DNA of 62,855 nucleotides, the filler included, from Hausera hauseri (Eukaryota): assembly GCA_046269625.1 (NCBI GenBank). It is 11 parts of 11 records of this genome, joined end to end, with 100 filler letters (N's around TTAATTAATTAA, not from the genome) between each part and the next. Parts side by side here need not be neighbours in the genome. Positions count along the whole stretch, not along the records: positions 9,171 to 14,046 come from JBJURY010406701.1; positions 14,147 to 19,458 come from JBJURY010282617.1; positions 19,559 to 23,635 come from JBJURY010776869.1; positions 23,736 to 27,704 come from JBJURY010849969.1; 7 more parts are not named here. One strand, given 5' to 3'. This document shows positions 12,610 to 25,484 of this stretch, one piece after another. Numbering within the stretch: the first letter of the stretch is position 1; every line of letters starts with the position of its first letter. The notes under the pieces were generated by a model, which worked only from the letters and a program-made list of their open reading frames with translations, was not told the DNA's origin and made no database searches. The position numbers were made by a program, and so were the translations under genes.

Positions 12610-14146
12610 AATAAAATCCTCATAGATTGTTGTACGGGTTATATTGGGTAATCACATTTTTAAATAGCAATAATAAAATCTTGAGATCCTATTTAAATCT
12701 TTACCCATAATTATATGAATCAAACTTGAAGATGGACTAAGCTTCGGAGAATTCACTTGACGTTTTTAACAAAGGGAAGGGTAAATTATTTAGGATATTA
12801 TATAATAGTTATTGAATATGGTATTAGTTATTCAATTGATGTAACAGTAGAGTACTGAGTATGATGTTAAGATGAGCGAATTACCTGAAACGTTAATGCT
12901 TGATATAACCTCAGTTATGAAAGTTATTTTCTATTATTGCATAATTGACCTAAAATAGAAATGCCCTGTCAAAGTATTTATGTATGTATATAGATGTACT
13001 TAACAATTTGTATTTTATTTTATCAGATAAAAGATGGTTTTATGAAATGTTTGATGAAAGAATTAATGATTATAAACTACGAATTTGTATTCGAGGAGAG
13101 AACTATCAGGTATGTTAGCCTAAATTTGGGGTATGTCGGAAGGTGAAAACAAATTTGAAATTCCCTAGTTAATCTATTCGAGTAACGAATACTTTAAGGA
13201 TTCCGTTGATCTCAGACATCGTATATGATGAAGTACGGGAGATAACGTCAAAGTGTGGACGACAGTTATACTGAGCTTATAGTGAAGGGAATAACGAATT
13301 TAATCGAATATATTAGACTAATGAATACTTTATAGTTATACAAATGACTTTAGGATAATTTGAGTTTAATCAGACATCCGTAGAATCGCCTGTCGTACGT
13401 GAGTGTATAATGGAATCGATCGTTTCGTTGACCCTTTGACACGCCCAATTCGTATTGCACGATGTATTACTTAATTACCATTCATATAGCCAAAACATGG
13501 AACATTTGCAGTAATTCCACCCTTTATTTATTCAACACACTTAATTCATACTCTATCCACTTTTACCGTAATAATTAAATTTCCAAGTCATACCTTTTCT
13601 TTTATGCGTATATCTGATATTAAGTTTACATTATTTCCATCCATAATGGTACAAAGTATTTTATCGAAATATTAACTTTATAGTAGTTTAAACTAAATTA
13701 AATAATTAAAATATGGATATCGAAAGAATATTATTCGCAGTGTTAATGAAAGAAATAAGAATAAAAATAAGTAAAAGAAAACAGAAGCAAATCGAGAACC
13801 TAAAACTTGGTATCATTACCTTGGTGAAGAATTATTCATTGTGCATTCTTGTTGTGACATCGAATTGATAGTCTTAGGTAACACCTTATAGAACAGATTA
13901 AAGGACTCACAGAACATTCAGATACATAGGAGTAAACTGCTTAAAATAAAGGGCATAAACAGCGTGATGGAGTTTAACCCTATTAAACAAGCCAGATTTG
14001 TATCTTATTTATATGTTAGGTACTAATTAAGGTTTAAATTAACCCCNNNNNNNNNNNNNNNNNNNNNNNNNNNNNNNNNNNNNNNNNNNNTTAATTAATT
14101 AANNNNNNNNNNNNNNNNNNNNNNNNNNNNNNNNNNNNNNNNNNNN

Positions 14147-17100
14147 CTTCTAAAAATTTATCCCAGTCCTTTTGATCTTTCGCTACTACGGTCAATAAGA
14201 CCCGTAGAACTGTTGCATTCATACGTTCAACCATTCCGTTGCATTGAGGGTGATATGCGGTAGTTGTCAATCGTTCGATCTCAAAAATTTTGGTAATTTT
14301 ATCAAATAATTCGTTTGTAAAATTTCTTCCTATATCGGTTAGTATTTGATCGGGAGGTCCATATCTGCAAATAATTTTTCTCACTACCACATCTGCTAAT
14401 GTTTCCGCTTTTTGATCGATTAATGCGATCAATTCGACAAAGTGTGTTAGACGGTCTACGCATGTCAGAATATATTTGTTATTTTTGTGAGATGTAGGTA
14501 GAGGTCCTACTATATCCATAGACATGACATGCATAGGTCTATCTGGTACGTTAATCGGTTTTAATTCTGCTACATAGTTTTTCACTTTTGTTTTGTTGCA
14601 CAGACTTTGCAAGCGTCCACCCAATTCTTTTCGTCGATATAAACACTTGGCCAGTAATACTTATTTAATATCCTTTCTAACGTTTTCTTCCATGACATGT
14701 CCAGCTAAATGCGAATCATTTTCGGCCCTTAACACTTCTGTTTGTAATTCTTTTGGAATAACTACTAGTTTCCGTCCTTTTCGTTCGTAATATAAAATAT
14801 TATCTTGATTCGATGCATAATATTTATGTCCATGTCTCTGTAAGTGTTTCTTTAGCTGATGTCCTTTTGACATTTCGTCTTGCTCGGCAAATTTGACACT
14901 TGTTATATAACCTTATCTTTAGCTTGTTCTGAAGAAATTTTAATTGTTTTATTTAGTGTTAAAGCCCGTTCTCGTTTGACTAATTCCTCAAGTTGGGTCT
15001 TTTGCATGGTCGTAATTGTACTTGTTTTTGTTTTAGGTCTCGATAAAGCGTCTGCATTGATATGTTTGCTTCCGGGTTTGTACTGGAATTCAATATTGTA
15101 TCGGGAGATTTTCTCGATTCACCGATTTAGTCTACATGTCGGGTTGTTGGCCCGTCCCGTAAGCGTCGTAACAGCCTTGTGATCTGTCCGTAGACATAGA
15201 CATTAAAATGCCTTAAGGCTTCTTTTACGGCTAGTGTCTCCAGTTCAGTGACTGAATAGTTCTTCTCGGCCTTTTTAAGTGATCGTCCTCCATATGCAAT
15301 TGGATGCTCCAATTCTTTATCTTCTCGTTTCTGAGCCAATTTGTAACCATTTCCTTCTTTACTCGCGACTGTATTAATTATGAATGGTAAATTGAAATCG
15401 GGGTATCTCAATACTGGTTCAGTAGTTAGAATTTTCCTCATTTCGTCGAACGCTTTCTGTTCGACATCGGTTTATTTCCATTTTGATACCTTTTTTCAAT
15501 AGCCGATATAATGGCGCATTTATTTTCGAGTTGTCTGGTACGTAAGTGGCATAATATCCACATAAGCCTAACCAATGCCTTAATTCTTTCTGATTCTGGG
15601 GTTCCATGCAATCCGATATTTTATTTAGTAAAGATTTATCTGGTTTTGACCCTCCTTCTCCGACTATATGTCCCAGATAAGATACAGCATTTTGAGCCCA
15701 TTTACATTTCTTTGGGTTTAATTTCAATCTTGCCTGTTCCAACCGCATAAGAGTATCTTCGATGTCCTTTATGTGTTCCTCTTCTGTTCTTGATGCTATC
15801 ATTACATCGTCTAAATATGCAAACGCGCGATCGAGTCCCATTAACATTTTATTCATCATTCTGGTGAAGATAGCTGGGCCGGTTGTTATACCGAACGGCA
15901 TGACGTTAAATTCGTAGACTCCGTCGTGTGTTTTAAATGCCGTTTTATAACGGTCATCTTCTTCAATTTCTACTTGCCAATATCCCGATTGCAAATCCAA
16001 TGTGGTAAACCACTTTGCTCCTGATAGTCGGTCTAAAGCTTCTTTTACTGACGGTAGTGGAAATGAGTCTTTCATCATATGCGTGTTCAGGGCTCTGTAG
16101 TCTATACAGAATCGATGTTTTGTGGTACATTTTTTTTGACCATGAGTATTGGCGCGTACCAAGACCCGTAACTTGGTCGTATTATGTCGGCCTTTAGCAT
16201 ACGTTCTACTTCTTTGGTTATTTCAGGCCTTAACGAATGCAGTGGTGGGTACCATTTAGGCATCTTTTGCTCCTCCAAATCGATTACGTCATTAAAATCC
16301 GGTTTCTTTTTTAATGGAATGGTTAATCTTAAGGTTTCTGCTCTACCTATATCTTCCTCGTTTTTAGTGATAATCGACTTATATTTATATAATAATTCGT
16401 AAAATTGACAATATGCTTCTGATGAAAATTTTGCTTCAACGTGAGGTGGAAACTCGGCATATTTATAAGGTTTTTCTTCGATTGTTATTGCCGATACTTT
16501 GTAAGTTTACCCAATGTCGTGTTGGCATACAACTTTACGGGAGTTGGTGCATTATTAACCAATCTGACTAGTACTCTTCATGTCGTTACTCTTGTCAAAA
16601 TGTTACTGAGTATGATGCTTTGGTTAACACCTTCTTGTGGCTCAGAATATACTGGTTGGTCGTCCTCTTCTCGGATCTGGGCATAAATTAACGTTTTGGT
16701 TTTTGGTGAAATATTTTCATCGACGGGGATCCATACTTCTCCTAATTTCCTTTCTTTCATTATCTTAATCCCATTCACTGGCCCAAATTCAAGTAGTTTT
16801 CCAGTCTGTAGGTTTATTGCTACATTCGGTAATTGTTTCAGTATATCGCAACCTAGCACTACATCATCGGTTAGTTGGTCCATTACGGCGAACTTATGTC
16901 AAAGAGTTTGACTCATTAATTGAACTAAAGGATTCCATTTAAATTTTGGTTTGGATTCTTGCCCGAAGGCTCCTATGCTGCCTGGGTCTGACGACGAAGC
17001 TGAATGCAATTGTTTTCGTAGCATTGGCAGCAATGATTCCAGCTTAATAAACGATTTCTCTGATCCGGTGTCCATTAAGGCGTAGACTTCCCAATCTTCG

Positions 17101-17150
17101 ATGGTAACTTTGTGAAGAGTCTCCCTTCCGTAACCGTTCCATAACAACTT
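14147..17150 (-). pseudogene. pol: Pol: PR (ALMDTGSE), spacer, RT (RFCIDYRALN, YLDD), RNase H, IN (HDSHLAGH-type, MDIVGPLP, YHPQCNGMVER)
   Basis: ORF track pieces 16899-17147, 16578-16883, 15419-16162, 15127-15441, 14661-14873, 14091-14624. Confidence 0.95.
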
Positions 17151-17443
17151 GACACATCCTTTCGTCGTGACAAAATGATATTTTCAGTCAGATGTTTCAG
17201 TTCTTAGTTAGGGCATAAGTCATTAACTGCTATGTTATTTTTATTGCTTCTAATTAATGGTTCTTGTGCTATTGGATTTTGGGACGCCTTCATTCCTGAT
17301 GTTCCCCAGACTGTTTATCTTGATTCTATATTACGAGCTATTCTCGGCGAGTAGAGTATCCTATGGTCATCTTCCGCTCGTCGTTGACTAGCGATCTGCA
17401 TTTTCTTCAATACTCCGTATTGTTCTGTTCCTTTATAAGAGTC

Positions 17444-19458
17444 CTAATAGCAGAAGGTTTTTCGACAAAATTCCGATTTGTATGACACCATAGATGTTCT
17501 ACCATAATTTTCACATATTGGAGTTGTCGGCGGAATAATGGGCAAGGGTGCCTTAATTACTGAATACATCTTGTATCTATTTTGTCTGAGGATCGCTTCT
17601 CCTCCTTTAGGCTCACCATCATCGGATTCATCTTTTCGCGTTATTTTCTTAGTTTTCCGTTTTAGTAGAAGTGTGCGCCTTGCTCGCCGTTTATAATTAT
17701 GATAGCCGACATGTTGTTCAACGTCATTCTTCCATCGATTTTCTTCATAGGCTTTAAGCATTTTGCCCAAGGGTGTGATGATTGCGGTTAAGATTTTGAA
17801 GGAAAATTTTGTTAATGTAAATATTTCGTACCCATTTATGCTCGCTTGAATTACCGCCTTCACTAGTTGTACCAAAAAATAAATCGCTAAGAATCCCGAT
17901 GCGGCTTGTCCAAAAATTAAAAATCTTCCCATATTTTGTACAGTATTTCTGTGGTTACCCGTTGGTAATGGTTTGCACCAAGCAAGGATTCCCATTTAGC
18001 CTGGTATCGGGTATCGTCTACTACCGATACCATATCTCGCTTTAATTCGTGTGTTTGATATCGTGGTAGAGCAAGAAATTGTCGAAAAGCTTCGATTTCT
18101 TTAGGCTTGTAAATATCTTTTTGAGCTGTATCCTGAAACTTGTCATCAGTAATTCCTTTCGCTAAATTTGTTCCACTTAGTTTTTTAGGAATGATAGTGA
18201 CACCTCCATTAGGTAAGCTAACCCAATCTGTTTCGCTACGCGTAAATATTGGTTCACCCAAACTTGCTCTGCAATGCTTTAGGATTGTTGGTTGTGTTGC
18301 ATTATCTAGCAATACTCTAGTGAGGGGCACGGCTAGACGTGGGTTTTTCTGGTAGATTACGGGGAGCTCTTGTATGCATCGTTTTCCTCGACGTTGATTG
18401 GTACATCTCTTTTCTCGCATTCATATGTCAGGAGAACTTCGCCAGTAACTCGACCAAAAATTCCTTCTCTCATGGGAATAATTGGTGAGGCTAGCTCCGG
18501 GTTCCTATAAATAAGAGTTAATTTTGTCCTCATAATTTCCGTATTCAATTTGCAGTTATTAGTTATCATTTTATAATATAGCTCGGCTATCCCGACTTGT
18601 CCCTTGTAATAAAACTAATCATCTCGATTTTTCAGGTAATCTTCAATTCTAATGTCTTGCGTTTCTAAGTTATATGTTTTTGCGTTTATCTCCATTTCTG
18701 CGACGAAGAACGCTTTGTAGTTAGTGGTGAACATTACCACTTCGCAACGTGAAATCCTTTCCTTTTTATGAATTTCAATCCATGCTGATCAGACATTAAT
18801 ATCGTAGGTGTATAGTGCTCTGATACATCATCTCGTGCTCTTGAAGTGATTTCAGATTTGTCTACGTATCGTGTCCCGGTAGTTTCATTAAATTTCAATT
18901 CCCTAATTTTAATAAAATTACAGACTTTTCCGGCGAGTGGTTCCAATATGACTATGGAGTTTCTGAAGTTACAGATGCCGTCCTGTATGTGGCAATTTTG
19001 ATTCTCAGTGTATAGCTTAGTGACGCTATGGAACATCACTTTCTGTACTGGCATTTCCGATTCGTAAAAGTCAACTACTACTACATTTGCTTCTAATTCT
19101 TTCTCGGGGTCGTATTCTGCTCCACTACAGTGACCGTTATGCATATCTAACCTTCCAACTACTATCTTGTATGCTCTGATTATCTTTCCGGTTTGCATTT
19201 CTAGTTCCATAATATCCCATTTCAGTCTTCCGGTTTCTCTGGCCTGTTTGCAGTGTTGCCTTTCCGAATTCATTGGAATTGGAGGGGTCGCTGGTTTGAT
19301 TATTGAGGAATGCCCGTGCATTAGTCCACAGTGGAAAATACTACGAGATTGTCTCAGCATGCATTCCATCCCATCCAAAGATATTAACTCTTGTTGTCGG
19401 TATAGAAAATAGCTCTTCTCTTTTGTTTCCAATTTATGTGGTCTGACATCTTTACATG
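17444..19458 (-). pseudogene. env: Env-like class III fusion glycoprotein (chuvirus G / herpes gB-like) with TM and long cytoplasmic tail
   Basis: EC..SIFHCGLMHGHSSII..HCKQARETG, coiled coil ..NNCKLNTEIMRTKLTLIYRNP.., GEVLLTYEC..CIQELPV..PLTRVL..C..W, DIY, and TM FGQAASGFLAIYFLVQLVKAVI; Cys spacing fits chuvirus-type glycoproteins as recalled. Confidence 0.8.
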
Positions 19459-19558
19459 NNNNNNNNNNNNNNNNNNNNNNNNNNNNNNNNNNNNNNNNNN
19501 NNTTAATTAATTAANNNNNNNNNNNNNNNNNNNNNNNNNNNNNNNNNNNNNNNNNNNN

Positions 19559-20290
19559 TATAACATGTCAAAAGATGTGCAAGAATGGTGCAAAGTTGCC
19601 TAACTTTTGCCACAAGGAAAAATACTGAAACAAAAATCAAAGTCCCTCTCAAACCATTAGAATACCCACAGCTCCAATGGAATTTTCAACAATGGACATT
19701 CTAGGGCCATTACCTATGACAGTAAATGGAAAAAAGTGTCAGTGTTCGTCGATTTATTTTCCAGATGGCCAGTCGTGATTCCAATACCATATTTCGGATA
19801 TTACAATTGAAAACAACTCCGTATCATCCGCAAACTAATGGTTAATGAACGACAGGATGATTGGAATGAGTATATTAAGCGTTGCTTATATTCCATTAGG
19901 AATACAATACATCCTGCGACGAAAGAAACAACATTCTATTTTATGTATCTCAAAGATTCTAACAAGCCAGTCGACCTGGATTTTAAAACATCTCTCACAT
20001 TTAAAAGATATGGTGTATAAAAAGTTGTTGGAAGAAAACTGGGATACATGAGATTTGGCTGCACGGTATATAAAGATTTGCCAAAAAGAATATAAAACTC
20101 GATATGATGAAAAAGCCAAACTGCATAACTTTAAACCCTGAGATAAGATTATGCTGCACATGCCTCTGAGAAAGAGAGGAAAATCTCCAAAGTTGGACAG
20201 ACCATACAAAGGCTCCCACATGATCCAGAATGTAGACGAAACCAATACTTACCTAAAAAATATAAGGAACAAAACGGGTCTCAATTTGTC
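19559..20290 (+). pseudogene. Gypsy integrase core and C-terminus, internally deleted
   Basis: KVPLKPL, MDILGPLPMTVNGKK, TTPYHPQTNG, QDDWNEYI, SPKLDRPYKG. Confidence 0.9.
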
Positions 20291-20889
20291 AACAATAGCA
20301 CTTATAAGGATAACCTTGATAAAATGTATATCGACCAAGCCTTTAGATGTAAGATACAAATCCGTCCGAGTTGGAATATATCCCTGTATAAAATACAGGC
20401 CAATCAAAATTTAACCGTAGATGATTATGCACACATATCGAAGGTATCTACGTCACAAGCGGCCACTCCAGAATTTTGTGATCTATATGCTAACAACTCT
20501 GTTCATATCTGCTAGACTTTCGTTTGAAATATCGTATAGAATCCAATATGCGACCGGGAAAAGAACAAACGGAAAATGGTATAGATCCGCTTATTCATAT
20601 CTTCGCACAACACTATTTCAATAAACCTGATTTTCTTGTTAAATTCTACACCAGTTGTGAAAAATGGACCACGTATAACAGCGGAACCAGAATTTTCAAT
20701 TACAAAATATGGAACGATAGAGTATTGGATTGAAAACAAAACTGAGAACATAGTGTGGACCAGATTATCACAATCCTTACCTATGCTCTCATATCATTTT
20801 ACAAGGAATATACAATGTTATTGGACAGGAAAAAGACACGCGATAAATGGATACGGTAAAAAACGTCAGATGGATCAGAGGTAATAAAA

Positions 20890-21450
20890 AAGTCTCCAAG
20901 AGTGACAATGACAACTATTCCAACAAAAACGATAACTAATTCGACACCAAAAAAATAGTGACTACTCCAATAGTTGAGGTTAAGAAAGTCATTTGAGTGT
21001 TAGACATATCTGTACAGTCAACTGTACACTCTCTTATAATCACCGTAAGAGATCTGAAAATTACAAATGTAAAATTCAAATGTTTCCTTCACAACATGAT
21101 GGTAGGTGAAGGAGTATTAACACCAGAAGGGCGAACATCGGTTTGTGTCTTCTTAAAAGCAGACAGAAATCACAAAATTATAATTACAGAATTGGATGAA
21201 GATGTACGAAGTTTAGAGACCGTTAAACAGATGGAGAAGACATTATAACAAATGATTATAACAACCAAAAGTACCATTAAAAAGGTTACTTCACGGAGTC
21301 CTGAAAACATCCCGAAAGGACATCATGAAGTGATCATCACCTTAAGTGTCATTTTGTTACTAATAATTATATTGCTACCTACAGTAATTCACTGTTCAAA
21401 AATAAAACCTAGGGAAAGAAAAACTAAAATGTTACGCCAATTAAAACTGT
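20890..21450 (+). pseudogene. Type I membrane protein (Thr-rich linker, FN3-like beta domain, TM)
   Basis: TMTTIPTKTITNST..VLDISVQSTVHSLIITV..VCVFLKADRNHKIIIT..IITTKST..VIITLSVILLLIIILLPTVIHC followed by a basic tail. Confidence 0.55.
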
Positions 21451-22219
21451 TAATGGAAGATTCGCAAGACAAATCGGGTAATGACCCAAATGCGCCTCTT
21501 AGTAATAAAAAACGGCAAGCTGAAGAGCAAGCCGACCCTAAACGGGACATCCGACCGTTGACAGACATTACCCTCTCCATGTACCCAAGTACAAGACAGG
21601 GCCGTCAAACTTATTGCGATCTACGTTGAACAATCGAAATTCAAAAATATACATATTTCCAAATTACTTTAGCCGCTATTAATGTTTCTTTTGCAGTTAA
21701 AGAAGGTTCAGAAACAGTACAGCGACCGAACGGTTTCTATTACAACTCTCTTGCCAATCTGTCAGCCACAACCCATAAATATTCCGCATATTATGGTACA
21801 GCATCAATAATCCACAATAATCTAAAGGAGCATTCAGTAACCCCAAGAAGTAGTTTAATCGTGAAACTACCTAATACCTCAACAAATCTATCCGATCTCA
21901 TAGATATCGGTGAAAGCACGATTGCCGTCTACATTTCAGTGATTAAATAGAGTATCCAGATTAGAAGCAGAGCTTATACAATATTATTGACATGAGTGAA
22001 ATCGTCTCAATGACCACTGTTAGTTTGGATTCCCGATTTTATAAAAATGTCATTACCCTTCGAACCTACAATGGTCCTCTTCCAGTAATATATATGAAGG
22101 TAATGCGAAAAAATCGTATCTTGTCAAAAATACATACTCCCACAATATTCAGCGCCAGTTTCAAAGCCATTACACATACAAGAAGGAATTCTGTTCCTCA
22201 GGTCCCCGGTCACATCTAA

Positions 22220-22712
22220 AAACGATTTATTAATAATAGCTGGTAAGGCTGCCTACCTGATGACTCCAGTTAGGAAAAAGGATATGGCTCTAGCGGAAGT
22301 AACAATAATGAATTTTGATGGCAAAATCATATTTGACCAGAAAACCTGTCCTACGGACAGAATAGACAACTATAATAGTCACATAATTGGTCTAGAAGAA
22401 CCAGACCTAATAGGACAAATTGATTCCTACCCGGCAGAATGTACAATTAGAAAATACATAATTGGAAATATGGTAATTGGATTTGATCTTTATATGTTTA
22501 CCCATAGCATGCCTTGTGATTACAAAAATTTACAAGGAATGAGAGAGCTACTCTTCCATAAACTAATAAATCCAACAGGAGAAGCAACTATAAAACAAAT
22601 ACTTACCCAACACAACAATGGCAATTATCCACCAAGGACTAAAGAAAAAGCTGCCACAATTCTAAGGATCTATCAATCCATCCTGGAATACCAAAAAAGA
22701 TCGAATATCTAG
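22220..22712 (+). CDS. REXO4/ISG20-like DEDDh exonuclease-fold protein, catalytic residues apparently lost
   Basis: ALAEVTIMNFDGKIIFDQKTCPTDRIDNYNSHIIGLEEPDL aligns with the REX4-type ALARVSIVNYYG.VVYDTYVKP.EPVTDYRTAVSGIRPEHL; GNMVIGFDL resembles GRILVGHAL and EKAATILRIY resembles EDARAAMRLY. Confidence 0.75.
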
Positions 22713-23219
22713 AAACATTAACCTCAGAGGAACTTAGAAACCTAAACAAAAATACGCAAATAGGTGTGTAGGAAATTTTAAATGCTACAATGCCTATCCA
22801 GTTAGTGCCAATTCAGACGCTTCTTCAAAGTACAATCCCAACTCAGATATTTTCGTCAAGCGCAATACCAACTCAGATGCTCCCGCAGACTTCAGTTGAA
22901 AATTGTAATATTCACATAGGAATTAAAGTGTGATGACTAGATTGGTCGAATTGTAGTTTTCTATGCTCGCTTCTATCCACTCAATGCCTTTTACTACTGC
23001 TTCTAGACCTACACCACATATTAGTTTTAAAGAATAATCCATGACTGCAATCCATGAATTTCCATATTTACTGCGGCTTCCATTAACCTCAGTAAAAGCT
23101 ATATGAACGCCTCAGTTTGCAATGACCCAGACAAAGAATCGGTTGCCAATGGACCCAAGAAGTCAATTCATTGAGGCTTATGTATATATTGAACAGTGCA
23201 AGAACCCTATGGTGTAAAG

Positions 23220-23635
23220 CAGTGATTCCCAAAGTGAGAGTCACCGCCCCCTGGTGGGCGCTGCAGTGATCCAGGGGGCGGTGATGGCCACAGGTGCATT
23301 TGGGGGCGATGAATAACTTTAAGGGGGCGGTGAAAGCATAAGAGAAAGAAGAGAAGATTTAGAAAAAAAATTATATAAACTGTTTAACTCGGTGCTGGAA
23401 TTCTTGAAAGATAAAAATGATGCTTGCCGATCCAATTTAATTCAATCCAAAAGTGACATCGCTAACTTGACAGACTTGTTTCAAAAATTTCATGAAAGCA
23501 ATCTTCAGCTTCAAGGTGATGAAGTGAATTTAATAAAAACAAAATCTGTTATTTCTGCACAAAACTTCTTCTGTACAAACGAAACTTTGGACGAGGGGAA
23601 TTCAGCCAGTTCCCAAATTTATCAGGAGCAGAAAA
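23220..23635 (+). mobile_element. hAT (Buster/Charlie-type) element, left TIR plus internally deleted transposase
   Basis: TIR CAGTGATTCCCAAAGT preceded by the 8-mer GTGTAAAG (nnnTAnnn); ORF DIANLTDLFQKFHESNLQLQGDEVNLIKTKSVISA is typical of ZBED8/FAM200-like transposases. Confidence 0.85.
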
Positions 23636-23735
23636 NNNNNNNNNNNNNNNNNNNNNNNNNNNNNNNNNNNNNNNNNNNNTTAATTAATTAANNNNNNNNN
23701 NNNNNNNNNNNNNNNNNNNNNNNNNNNNNNNNNNN

Positions 23736-24350
23736 ATAAACCAACGGAAGACATTAACAACAACGACCAAAACATGTACAAACGGATTTGGTTAAAGAAT
23801 TTTACAACTCCCATGTCGCATTGGTTTTGAGGCGGTTCGGTGTAAACCACTACTCGATGTTTTTGCAATACAAGACTGAACTCTTTGAACGATTTAATCA
23901 AACCTTAGGCGGTCGACTGAACAAATTCTTTACGAACCATGGCAATAAACTCTGGATAAATGTACTACCGGATATTATCTATGCATACAATCATTCGACA
24001 CTTTGTGGCATCAATGGATTACGACCGGTTGATATAACCGATAATTTTAACATGTGGCTTTATTAAAACCAAGCAGAACGACGACGACGACCAATTAAAC
24101 GCCGTCCCAAGTATAAAATCGGTGATTATGTACGTAATTAAAAGCTGAGTACACCATTCATTAAGAATTTTAATCATAAGTGGAGCGATGATGTTTCCCG
24201 AATTTCAGCCATTAATACAAAACAAGCGCCTATTATGTACGTTTTGGAAGATGAAAATAGTGACAAAATACATGGCAAATTTTACGAACAGGAACTGCTA
24301 CCGGAAAACCTGATGTGTATCGTATTTAGGAAATTCTACCTTCACGCGGC
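23736..24350 (+). pseudogene. Polinton c-integrase C-terminal half
   Basis: KEFYNS..ERFNQTLGGRL..LWINVLPDIIYAYNHS..KYKIGDYVR..HGKFYEQELL. Confidence 0.9.
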
Positions 24351-24400
24351 AAGTGGCACGTATACAGTACACCAAGTTGGATATTTGCATAACACATTGA

Positions 24401-25436
24401 GTGATGAGCATTTATTTGGTATTTGATAATAACAGATTATCAGAACATGACAACAACAATGTCAATAAACGGTTTACCATGGTTTTTGACCAGACGTTCA
24501 ATTTACGCCACGGTGCCTGGAAAGTAGCTTTGGCGGAATCCACGTTTATATTTTCACCAATAATAATACTAATACAATCTTCTGCATCTAGTTGTTTGCA
24601 GTTAGTCAGAGACTAATGGATTTCAAGTTCGCAATTAGAAGCGACAAAATTTCACATTTTATATTTTTCATTTATACAATCGATTTGTGCTCATACACAA
24701 ACATCCTATTGAAAACAATTTAAATCACTAGTTGACGCTCAGGCATGGGGTTTTAAATCTGTCTATGTGCGCTCGAAATATCTACAGCTCGGTGGACATA
24801 ACATAATTATAGAAAAATTGAACTTTTCTGAAAAAATCTTGAATACCACAGATACTACAGTAAACTGGCAAAAGACTGAATCATTCTTTTACTCTCATAC
24901 AACAGGAAATGATTTTCTTACGGAAACGGAAACAGAATTGTATGTAACCATCAAGGCAGTAGCTAAATTGGCTCTCAAGACATTTTAATTACAATTGTTT
25001 ATTATTGTCGTTTACACTACATGATAATGTTGCACATTTGGCCCTTGATGAACTATTGGCACAGAATCTGGGTTTTGAGAAACGCGAATTCGGTCAAACT
25101 GGCGGCGGCAGTCGACCTATTGTTGCTAAATACAAACCACGACTATATGGAGAATTTTATCGAATTAATATTTTAACGGATCTAACCGAACCTGTATGTG
25201 TTGGCGTAGACTGTAAACAACTATTGGCTTCTACTGGACTGGATTCGGACACGTACAAAACATCGGGCGAAACTGCTTATGTAAATATCATCAGACCAGT
25301 GTATTTATCGTTATCGCACAATGTTGTACACATGATTTCCGTGTATGTAGTAGGCGAATTTTGGAAACCCATTAAATTTCTGTTTTCAGCCAAGACCCAT
25401 TTGATGCGACATTTTCATCGTCGTCGTCGTCGATAA
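24401..25436 (+). pseudogene. Polinton minor capsid (penton-like) paralog 1
   Basis: N-terminal FTMVFDQTFNLRHGAWKVALAE; C-terminal INILTDLTEPVCVGVDCKQLL..PVYLSL..KPIKF..HF. Confidence 0.75.
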
Positions 25437-25484
25437 TAAACAAACTGTATCATTATTATCATCATCATCATCATCATCATAATC

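Larger units (their letters stand above)
14147..19458 (-). mobile_element. Env-bearing Ty3/gypsy element, copy A (env - PR - RT - RH - IN)
   Basis: On the minus strand a glycoprotein is followed directly by pol domains; both ends run into gaps. Confidence 0.92.
19559..22712 (+). mobile_element. 3' part of a large Ty3/gypsy element (copy C): IN plus accessory ORFs
   Basis: IN (MDILGPLP, TTPYHPQTNG, DRPYKGSH) followed by a membrane-protein ORF, an orphan ORF and an exonuclease-like ORF; layout parallels copy B. Confidence 0.75.

Noticed and set aside
14880-16911. Plus-strand ORFs opposite pol (and similar antisense ORFs elsewhere)
   Set aside because: Shadow frames of retroelement coding sequence with no motifs
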